A DNA stretch of 64,000 nt, taken from contig CM041465.1 in NCBI GenBank assembly GCA_023213395.1, positions 219,487,741 to 219,551,740 of the forward strand, in the 5' to 3' direction. This DNA is from Cycas panzhihuaensis (taxonomy: Eukaryota > Plantae > Cycadophyta). Of this stretch, positions 53,270 through 64,000 are shown in pieces (position 1 is the first letter of the stretch; every line of letters begins with the position of its first letter). The notes beneath the pieces were generated by a model, which saw nothing but the letters and a program-made list of their open reading frames with translations, had not been told where the DNA came from and did no database searches. The position numbers and the translations under genes are program-made.

Positions 53270-56200
53270 TACTCTTGATACCTGTAATAACCCTATTTGG
53301 AGAAGTTATCATATCTATTTATGACTCTATCAGATTGTCTATAGTCTTATTATTAGTTCCTATCCCTCCTATGGTGTTAGTAGGTGGAATTACACCTTGT
53401 ATCATCTCCTCCTATCTAAAAGAAGTACTTAGTACTCTCAATAGAAAATTTAAAACCCTCCTAAAAAACATCGCTTAGTTAACCATAAAATCAAATATCT
53501 TGTAAGCCACCATATCAACTATCATTAGAGTAATTGATTTGATTAGTTGGTGTTCTTCTACTATTACTTGGATGCTCTTTATTTCTAATAGATTTTCCTT
53601 TTAATTTGTGACAAATGGCATAACTACCATTTTCTTTAATACCTTTCCCCCTTCTATAAGATTCAACCCCTTTATTCCAACTTGTGGTGCCTATAGAGGA
53701 GATGTTAGAGCCATTTAATATACCCGAAATGATGATGTTAGTTATGAGGTATCTTTTGGTACTATTTGCACCATAACTAATGTTTCAATCTAAGCGATGA
53801 TCACTGATGTAACTTATAGTTACTAGGAACTAAGAGAAGGAGCTTTTCTTTTCTATCTTAATGACTAACTAAGATTTTCTATTCTCTTCTTCGATTTAGA
53901 TAAGATATGTTTTATTAAATCATTGTTGCCTTCCCCAACTATGATTGGCTCTCTGCTACTTTATAAATTAAGAAAATGAGTGGCACTAATCCTGTCAAAC
54001 TCTTGAGGATGAAACATAAGTTGATATATACAAATATGTGATTTATCTTTAAGGTTCCTAAATTTCTCTAAAACATAAACCTTATGCTATGCATAGGAGA
54101 TCTATATACTTACCATATAACTAGCCATCACTCTATCTAGGCCATAATATCTTTTTTTGGTTTTCTTCAGATTGCATGCCTTCAATGGGAAACATGTTGT
54201 TTTAATTTTAGACCATCTAGTAGCCTCCAATTATCCTATATATATTAGCCTTACCTAATAAAGTATTTTCTTATTTTGGGGTGTAGTTTAGCCCTAACCA
54301 ATACTAATACTTTCATAAAATAAAGTTGGGTATAAGGATATCTAGGCAAGTATAGGGTGTATCCCTTATAACTATGTAACCAGAAGATTATTGCTTACTA
54401 TTATAACCTAGTTTAAGAAGTGATTACCACTTTAGCTTTGTGATATAATATATGCATAATAATTTTAACCTCACACCATCATTATAACTAAAAACCTTAG
54501 CCAATAAGGAGATTTATAGGTAGTTGTAGTTAATAAGGACATGATATTTCAAACCATCTCTTTTTTATCGTGCTTAAGTCTCTTAACTTGCCAACTAGAT
54601 ATAACCCAACCTAACTACTTATCTTTCCTTGTAGCTTACTTTAGTTTGATTTCATCAAAAGAGATAATATATTCTAATAAACAAAAAAGTCTTTTAAAAT
54701 TCTTTGGTAAAAGATCACAAGCTACTTAGTCATTTAGGTTGATAATAGTCTTCTTCTCTAGGTTAACATATTAGGAAAGTGGTCATAACATCTCAAGATA
54801 AAGAAAAGCTTAAGGAGTAAAGCTTATTTGTGCTAGTCCAATTTGCCATAAATCACTTTAAGAGTCCCTTTTTTATTTGAAAATACCCTAATCTATGATT
54901 GGTAGTTGGTAGTAGTGTCATTAATGATCAACATTATTACAGATAATTCAAGCTGTATATATAACTCACTTCTTATGCTCTTAAAAAATTCTACCTAGAA
55001 AATGCTTTATCCTTTACTATAATTTTTTTCTTTAATGATGCAAAAAATATAAGATAGAAAGTTAAAACATAATAATCAAATACTTACTAAATACACAACC
55101 TTCACATTCTCAATTTTTAATAGGGTATTTACTACCTTACCTAATTAGGAATTAATACATCAAGGCATCATTAGGTGCTTCTAATTCACCTTAATAACTT
55201 TATAGATATTTGTCATTATAATTAATCTAGCCATTTGTCTTTTCTATGAGTCCATCAATTGTAAGGTAATTTGATAATCACCATATGTCCTAGCTCCAAT
55301 AACCTCAATTCATCCCCTTCATCACATATCCTCATGAATCATGATCATTGAATCTCTAGATTTAATGGCTTATATTGCCTCATGACCCTACTACATTGCA
55401 AATGTTTTAAACATTTCTTAAATTTTCTTTTTCCTTAGCTCTAAGTTCATTAACCCATAAAGCCTTTGATGATTTCCATATGTTATCCTTTGAATGGCCC
55501 TAATTTACCTTGCTAATTACTACTTCACAACCTATAGTAATCACCATACTCTCCTTTATTATTAAAATCGAGTGAATAGTTAAAGTCTAAATCCATTTAG
55601 ATGTTGCTATGTATAAACAAATTTTAATGGTTAATTGTGCTTTATACTTTGTCCCCTCATAGATTACTGTGACTTATCCTTTTCTGACGTGAAGTTCTTC
55701 ACTATAAGTATTATTAGATTATGGCCACATGTTCCCAAATAAGTGACCATGATTTGTATTATAGATCCCACCTTCACTACCTTTACCTTTTATCTTTTTT
55801 CATATTAAAACTTGAACTAAGTGAGGATCACTCTTATGAGTACCTAAGATGCTTCTGCATGTCCTATTACTTGATGATCGTAATTCTGATCATAAGGAAT
55901 TCATTTATAGATGGCCCTTTTTATCATCATTTGTAAACCATTAAAGGCCCTTATTGTGAATAACGTATGAATTCAATACTTGTCCAAGGAATCAATGATC
56001 TTCATTGATTTCAAATTGTCCCCACTTTCAAAACTTTGTTTCTTCCTTTATACTCTTCAACCAAGATGAGTAATATTTTTTTTTTCAAGTGATCTAAGAT
56101 AAAGGTAAATTTTAGAGAATCAATAATGACAATTTACTTTACAAATCTTCCCTTTTCAAGGCACCCCTTCTTGATTCTATGTTTGTAATGAATTGCCAAT

Positions 56201-57500
56201 GTGTGAAGCACATTCTTGTAATTACTCTTAGATGTGGTCATATGCCTATTGATGGACGATCACAATATATTTCATATCTCAATACATTATAGATCTTTAC
56301 TTACAACTCATAACCTAATATGAAACACTCCTTTAATCCAATAGTTACAATTTAATTCATAAGCCACTCCTTCATACTTTAATATAGTTGAATCATTTAC
56401 CTTAAGAATTAAAATAAGAAAATCTCAATGTTACAAGTGATTCTAAATAAGACTACATATCCATCAAATCCATAACCATAACTGACTTTGATGTTTTCTC
56501 CTTTTATAGATCATTGCCTTACAAAAGTTTATTTTAAAACATTGCTTATAGAAAATAAATAATATACAATGTCCACTTTTGTAAAGTTTAAATGAACTTA
56601 CTCTTTTATTAACCTTAAAAACCATTTATCTCTATTTGATGTTGTTGTTTTGGCTTTTCCTTAGCATTGCTCAACTCCTAAAAATAATTATCCTTTTATA
56701 ATATATTTGTATATTCTTAAGCAAAATTTTAGAGGTACTTCATAATGTGGCAACAACTATCCTCCTTACTTTAAGTTACCCCTTATACATGACTTAAAGC
56801 ATTATTAGAAAAGCTAAAATTTAGCCTCTTGATAACTACCTTTAAAAATCAAGAGTCGTATTCATACTACCTATTAAAAGAAAGCACTATCTATAGTATT
56901 TATAACTAATGTCCCTCTCATTTTCATTCCAACTAAAAGAAATATTTCAAAAAAGTCCCATTAACTAGAATATATAACTTTTATCCTTTTTTTAATCTTT
57001 TAATTTGAATTTATTATTCCCTATTACTTTAAAGATGATGAATGGTGTAAGTCATAGGGAACTAAACTTCTTATGGGCACCTAGTTTCTCTCTAACCTTA
57101 TCCCATATTAAAACCTTACCACCCATGCTAAATTCCTTTTGTGAGAAGAACCTTTTATAAAAAAACTTCTTAACTTTTTACTAATAAAGCTAGAAATTAT
57201 CCTTTGCCTTCTTATACTTCTCTTCTAGAGCCAATAAATAATTGAGTCTTCTTATTATAGGAGTTATTTCATAATCTTCTTAAATAGCTAACTGTAGATC
57301 AATTAATGAAAAGTGGTAAGGGAGAATGGCTTCTTCGCCATATGCTAACAGGTAAGGGGAATATCTCATAACTTCCTTTGCCATTATTTTATTTGCCTAT
57401 GATGTTTGATATAGTCATGTATGATAATCCTTTTGATTCTACTTTATAGTCCTTTGTAATATTTAGATTATAATTTTATTAGTGAACTCAGCCAACCTAT
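53270..57500 (-). mobile_element. Very old gypsy (non-chromovirus) remnant: integrase C-terminus plus decayed downstream extra ORF(s)
   Basis: Minus strand 57500-57050: LAEFTNKII..ILQRTIK.NQKD..YSPYLLAYGEEAILP; 54850-53300 is a stop-riddled coding-like tract. Confidence 0.6.
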
Positions 57501-57760
57501 TATCAAAATATGAACCAAAATTAATTTGATGACATATTAGAATATATAATAGCAGAATCATATATGGCATGTGTATATATTTATAATATGATGCATCTTA
57601 GGAGTAGCCTTTACATCAACCAATAGTGTGATTACATGGATATATATGCATCTCATATTTTTTGATGTTTATGAATGGTGGGATGGTGCATGCATACATC
57701 ATATATATTAAACATTACAAATATATTATTATCACATATTTTAATACTTCCCCTTAATGT
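57501..57760 (-). mobile_element. Probable short LTR plus PPT of a minus-strand element truncating the integrase remnant
   Basis: Minus strand cattaaggggaag followed by tattaaaa (TG to TA); integrase homology stops abruptly at 57500. Confidence 0.4.
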
Positions 57761-59559
57761 TTAATGTCTTCATCTTTTAATATTCAACCTGTATACTAAA
57801 TCTTATAACTTGTATCCTATAGTTGTATCATATATCACTTGTAACATGTACCTTATATATACTCATTAACCTGTATGTATAAACCATCATTAAGATCAAT
57901 ATATATGAAGTGTTTTCATGTATATCTTCATATCTTCATCTATGTAGCTACTTTCAACAACAATTTGTTATCCATGATTAACATTATATTAACTATTCAC
58001 CAAATCAATAAACAAATAAAGTGATTTATGAGTCTATATAAAATAATACCCATATACTGAAATACATAAGTAACCAACCTCTATAATTGCTAGTTCTCTA
58101 GGTAATTGCTTTAGATATATGGTTTATCATCCTTTTATATTATTTATATAAGTAGTTTTTTTCTTCTTTATATCAATTGGACCATGTCAATAGCTAAATA
58201 TTAGTTGGATTTCATCTACAAGTAATACTTGGTATATAACATAGACATTTCTTATTTCACTGACAAGTGGATTCTTTATCTTTTTCATCAATTAAATTAG
58301 GTACTCTAACCAAGTGGTGTTATTAATTAATAAATGTGTTTGTTTAATAGGGATAGACATGTCCAACATATCAAGAATATTCCATATTATAAATTCATCA
58401 AATATTTCTCACTTCATGAATTTTTTAAGTATGAGCCTCTAAATATTATAAATGCACCTTAAATTGATCACATTTAAATGAAACTTTCTTTTTCTTTCAC
58501 CATCTTACATAAATAATATCACCATCATGTTAGAGCCTTTGAACACATCAAAATTAACTAAATTTTTTCTAAACACTTTTATGGAATTCCTCCTTTATGA
58601 GGTTTTGAGCACTTATATCAATTTTACCCTTATAAAATAGAAGGATTGACTTCGATTTTAAATATTTCATCAAAAATGACATTTTAAAAAAAGTCATAAA
58701 ATATGGTCCAAAATAATGGTCTCTAAATTATAATTCCAATGATTTAAATAGAATTAAATTCTAATATCAATATCAAAAGTTATAACCCTTTTAATAAGAG
58801 TTTACCCTAAGGTTTTTGGATTGTAAATGTACCCTCTAATAAAATATAAATAACTTTATACTCAAACATTTAATTAGCCTGAGACTACTTTTATTTAAAA
58901 GAAGATTAAAAAATACATAAAATCAAAGAATAAATTGAGGCTGTTTGGATACGTATAACTAAAGTTATGGCCATTTAAAGTTGAGATAACAAATTTACCT
59001 TTAAAATTTATGACAAAAAGTAAGTAAAAATTAACTCTACCATAATATCTTCTTTATTGTGTTAAAATATGTAGTGAAACCACTTAAAATTTATAGAATG
59101 AGTTATTTTGTCTTTAATATAACCTTAAATAATAGTACCCTCAATAATATTTCATCCCATGTAAAATCTCTAAACATTCCATATACATCAAATTTTATTT
59201 CATATATATGTAATTTTATTAACATAATAACAATGCCACTATCAAATCTATTTTATGTGCTATATAGATATAACATATTTCTATAATAAAATACTCATAT
59301 CTTTCATGCTGCTAAAATACCTATCAAAACTCTTATATTATACATGTCAACATGTTGTTGTATAAGTTTATTACCTATTGTAGGTTACTAGTGGTATATG
59401 TCATTTTGGTAGTGTATCTTATTATGAGACCCTCATAAATGCCTCTAGAATGGTTTATAAGTGATAATAAATCCTTTAAGTGGATACTAGCAAAATCCTT
59501 CACTATGAACAAAATATCATATCATGTGGACTTGTTTCATACTTACATACTCCCAAGAA

Positions 59560-59975
59560 TATATGACTATAATATTTACTTGAGGACAGTGCATGGCCCG
59601 AGACAAATAAAATAATGATATAGAAAAGGGTTTCAAGAAAAATAATTTGTATAAACTATAAGGACACATTTATATAGAGAGAGTGTTCCTATCAATGTAT
59701 CTAAAATAAAAGCTATGGCATAAACTCATGGTTCATCTAAACTATACTAGTCTCTAATTGATGTATGAGCTAAAAATGGTGTATAAACTTCCTATGATAG
59801 ATAGTGGAGGCTACTTGTGTAAACCATGTATATTTAGAAATAACATAGAGAGACCTTTCCAAAGAAAAAGGCATGGAGAACAAAAGAGAAGCTAGGATTG
59901 GTTCATTCTAACATTTGTAGACTTATTATCTCACCATGTAGAGTGAGATATTTCATCATTATTGGTGAGATTCAT
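59560..59975 (+). pseudogene. Copia GAG-pre-integrase and integrase N-terminus remnant
   Basis: LWHKLMVHLNY..L..MVYKLP...CKPCIF...FPKKKAWRTKEKLGLVHSNIC..RYFII. Confidence 0.8.
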
Positions 59976-61129
59976 GCTAGGTAGCTTTTTGGTACTAAAT
60001 GCTAACTACTAGACTACAAGACTTTAGTAGTCAATAGTTTACCTATTCTAGGGAGTGGATAAGTCTCCTATAGGGTCCTCCTATATACCTTGCGATACGT
60101 GGAGGCTCAAATCTATGAGTAAGTAGGTATTGGGTCCTTATGTATCCTCTTACTTTACATGTTGATGTATATCCCAGTCATGCTTAACTAATAATGACAT
60201 ATCCAACATGATATTTATAGACACTTAGAATAAAGTCTCTAAGGCAGGGAATGGGTAGCTACTAAGCAAAGTTATCTACTTGTGAGTGATTAATAACGAA
60301 GGCTTAGAAAAAGTAAAATCTTAGTAAAAATTAAGGGAAAGAAGGCTAAACCTAAATAAAGTTTTTCACTTTCTTAGTAGAGGCCTAATTAGAGTCTGCC
60401 ATAATGTGGTACTACTATATAGCCTGCTCTAGTAGCCAAAAAATATCCTTCTCAAAATTTGATAAAACTCATGTCAAATAAAAGATTTTTCTATAAAAAA
60501 TCTAAATCTAGTCTCAATTTTATGATCCGAGCTCTAGATGAAAAGTTGTTACTCCTCAATGTGTAGACTAACAGTTAGAGTTTAATTATATTTTTACTTG
60601 ATTCTTTTAAGATGCTAACTAAACTTGGATGGGTCATATATCAATGGAAAGGTCTTCTTGAGAACTTTCATTTAATACCAAATTCAAGTTTGGTATCATT
60701 TTATATAGAGAGAAAACAATGAAAGAAAGAAAACTTGGATGACTAGGGTTTTTAACCTATTCTAATAAAATGGTGAGGAATCTAAATTAAACCCTCTTGG
60801 AAAATATGGTTAGCATGCAAATATAAGTCTATATATAAATTTTGAGCCAAATCTAAGATAATCATTTTTTTATCCATATAATGTACAGGCTATCTATATA
60901 GTCATACATATTCTCAATTTGTAGGCATAAAGAATGACCTATCTTGGCTCTAATACAATGTTAAAGTAGAGAACTAATGAATAAATAAGAATAATGAATT
61001 GTATTATCTTATTGAGAAGTAAATCATGTATTTATATTCAAGGGGACATTAATAGTAATTCTAATTTATAGTTACTTTATTAATGATTGGACTTATACTA
61101 AGGTTTCATTATAATAAAAGAATAAGACA

Positions 61130-62060
61130 TTACATATTCTAATAGTTGATGATCTTATCTTGATAGGTGATTATGGATGTTAAATCCAACCCACAAAAGA
61201 CCTTTGATATAATAGATCTAGGTATGTTGAATTACTTCTTAGGCATTAGAATACAATAGATATAGGATTACATCATGATGTCACAAATGAAGTACATAAA
61301 GAACCTACTTAATGAAATTTAGGATGACAGACTCTAAACCTATTTTCAAACCATGTGCTAAGGGCCTAAAACTAACTAAAGATATTAATGAACTTATTGT
61401 AGATGTAACCATATACAGATAGCTTATAGGGATTCTCATCTATTTAACTTATACCAAACTACATATTATTTATGTTGATAGACTAGTTATTATATACAGA
61501 AATCACAAGAACTACATTAAGTTGCAGTAAAGTAGATTTTGAGATATTTGAAAGGAACTCTTAATTTTGATCTAGAGTACATTTATCAAAGAGATATAAA
61601 GTTACATACCTTCACTGATGTAAATTCGGGAGGAAATTTTGATGATTAAAAATCCACTGCTAGATATGTGTTTGGTATTAGTATTAGATTTGTATCATAG
61701 TAATCGAACAAGTAGTAGATAATAGCACTATCTTCTAAAGAGGTAGAGTATCATGGACTCATTGTTAGTGCCAAAGAAGTTGTATGTTTGTAAGGATTTT
61801 TGGATAGCCTTAGTATATTTTGTAATACCTTAGTTGTTTTAGCCAATAATCAGAGCACTATTTGTTTATCAAAGAATTAGGAGTTTTACATTTGTATGAA
61901 GCATATTGAAATCCAACACCACTACATATATAAATAGATCATAGCAATGAAGTTATAGTTCAATTATTATCTAAACAAGAAGTAGCTTAAGGATGTGTTT
62001 ACAAAAGTACTTACTAAAAATTAATTCACCAAGATTCATACCAAATTAGGGCTTAGACAA
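61130..62060 (+). pseudogene. Copia RT C-terminus and RNase H remnant
   Basis: VDDLILIGD, IDLGMLNYFLGI, YR*LIGILIYLT, LRYLKGT, FTDV, MKHIEIQHHYI, DVFTKVL. Confidence 0.88.
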
Positions 62061-62067
62061 TATATCC

Positions 62068-62515
62068 TTAAGGGGGGATGTATTAGCAAGGATAATTATA
62101 GCATTTATTAGTGATAATTTCAAATTGTAGATTGAATCCCCATATTCACATTAAGGGGGGATGTTAACATGGTGATTAATGCTAAAACCACTTAATTAAA
62201 ATTAAATGTGGTTTAGTTATTGTTAAGCTAAAAGGTGCAAATATTATAGAGGGTTGTAACCAATTGGGTGGGACGTACCATTTGGGAGGATTATACAGAA
62301 CCCTAAAGTCCATTGTAAAATTATCCAATGATTATCAATGTAATTCAATAATGTATTGTCATGGGATTTCTATCAAAAGGTTTTCCCACATAATATTATA
62401 TACTATGTACCTATGCTTTCTATTATTTACTTACTATATATGATCAAAATCCTACAGTTCAAAATACATGCATGTTTTATGTTTCTTCACATAACTAATA
62501 CTGATACTTTGGCAT
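62068..62515 (+). mobile_element. Double PPT and probable 3' LTR of the last copia remnant
   Basis: taaggggggatg at about 62069 and ttaagggggaatgttaac at 62151-62168. Confidence 0.55.
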
Positions 62516-62719
62516 TCTTGATGCTCCTATTAATATGTAGTGTTTGAGGTATATTTGTTATTTTGGTGGTTACTTGTAGTGATATTTGCATATTCTCAAG
62601 CTCTATTTCATTTAGTAATTCCTTTCTTTATGCTTCATCCTCCTTCGATGATTTTGCCTCTTGTGGTTTCTCATCTTGAATTGGTAACTCCATCTCTTTA
62701 TTATTAAGTATAAAGACTT

Positions 62720-63600
62720 TATTTACTAGACATTTATGATTGCAACTTTATTTGGTATTGTAGTCAAAACATGTTCCTCTTTGAAGGTGTTCTACTTTGA
62801 CAACCTATTTTCTATAGAACTACCTTCCTTTTGTTCCCTTAGAGAGATGGATCAACCTTGGTCTCTAATTATTTCTAATTAGGTTTGTTGCCTTGTCTTA
62901 TAGGGTTAAAATAATCATCTCACCATATATAATTTTGGCATGTTTCCTGCAATTTTACCTCTTGCTAGAAGAACTACTTCCCTTAAAGTTCCTACATTTT
63001 GTGTTTTAAATCAAAATCTAATAGTTCCTTTTATACCTTCAATATATGTTTCTAATAATAAGTGTGAATTAAATTTTAATGTCATAATACTCTATAGATT
63101 TTCAAATTCTTCTATGTAGGATTGGATGGTACTAGTTTATTGTAGTGATACCAACTAATGGAAATAATCCCTACTCCAAGTGTTCTCATATTATTCTATT
63201 AATGAGGATTTTAGGAAATCCTAATTATAGTGATTTATTCCATGATCATCCTTACTCCACTAATGAAAACTATTTGATGCTTTTCAATATAGATGAAGGG
63301 GAATTAGCAATATGTTGTCTTCTTCAAATCCTTGTTGCATTTTAAAATATAGATCCAACTTTGAATATTCTTTTATTTATCTTGGTTAATTTTTTCCAAA
63401 AGGAATTTAGAATTCTTGGGACTATGGTTAGGTCTAATTTTCCTATCCTCTCCTTCATTTTCAAGGTAAGAACTATCCTCATTATTAAAGGATCTTACAT
63501 CATCCTTCTTGTTGTTAGATTCAGGCTTTAATAATCCTTACACGACCTTATGCATAAGGTCAAATTTTCTTTGAACTTCTTAATTTTAAATTTCTATTTC
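62720..63600 (-). pseudogene. Gypsy gag remnant (chromovirus-like)
   Basis: Minus strand EEFENL...LLETYIEGIKGTIR..KTQNVGTLREVVLLAR and RGTCFDY.TK..CNHKC (degenerate zinc knuckle). Confidence 0.6.
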
Positions 63601-64000
63601 TACCCTTAATATATCAAGTTGAGTTACTACTTTATTCTTGATTTGGTTGTGCATGTTAACTATTTTTTTGTTTAAAGTATCCACTCTTTGAGTAGTGTCT
63701 TCTATTATTACCAAATGGTGGTTCACCATCTTGCCTAATATAAGTCTCTTCTCAGATCTTAATTCCTTTCTAAGAAAAACAAATTTACCCTTTTTTGCAC
63801 TAAGGTAACTTTGATAATTTTTACTTGGATTCTTGTTTACATTGTACTACTTGTGGGGGAAAAAAAAATCCAATAGTTTATGGCTTTTGACTAGTAATTT
63901 TCTAAATGCATAATTATGGGAATTTCAAAATTTTAAAGTGTATAAGCAAATTCTAATTAAAGAATTTAATTTTTTTATCAAGAATTTTAATTTTTTATCA

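Noticed and set aside
59975-61128. Possible solo LTR separating the copia INT and RT remnants
   Set aside because: No convincing TSD or partner; left unannotated.
63961-64000. 20-bp tandem repeat at the window edge
   Set aside because: Only two AT-rich units are visible; cannot be interpreted.

Overview
Repeat-saturated plant nuclear DNA with no intact host gene. A large-genome non-angiosperm such as a gymnosperm, fern or lycophyte is likely, but this is inference. The window is a nest of LTR retrotransposons whose ends can be resolved from TG..CA termini, PBS, PPT and 5-bp target-site duplications (TSDs). (1) A decayed Ty1/copia 3' half (1-3190). (2) An intronless ARF1 GTPase retrocopy plus ankyrin-like and PPR-like scraps, lying upstream of a PPT and LTR start (3208-4817). 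(3) Ty3/gypsy Tat-clade element A on the minus strand (4818-28921), lacking RT-RH-INT. Its 3' LTR carries a young full-length copia (element B, 7066-14629) and its 5' LTR carries a solo LTR (27194-27839). (4) A related full-length Tat element C on the plus strand (30495-53193) containing a 3.8-kb (TA)n array. (5) Older copia and gypsy debris (29140-30000, 53200-64000). The most interesting structure is shared by A and C. Between pol and the PPT both carry a head-to-head two-gene cassette around a central TATA: an antisense, three-exon plant-mobile-domain (PMD) gene with conserved introns, and a sense, stand-alone archaeal-type RNase H ORF with its own conserved ATG. Element A keeps this cassette although it has no RT, RH or INT. 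Copia B has covarying RNA hairpin arrays in both UTRs. All domain calls come from manual translation and motif recognition, not from database searches.
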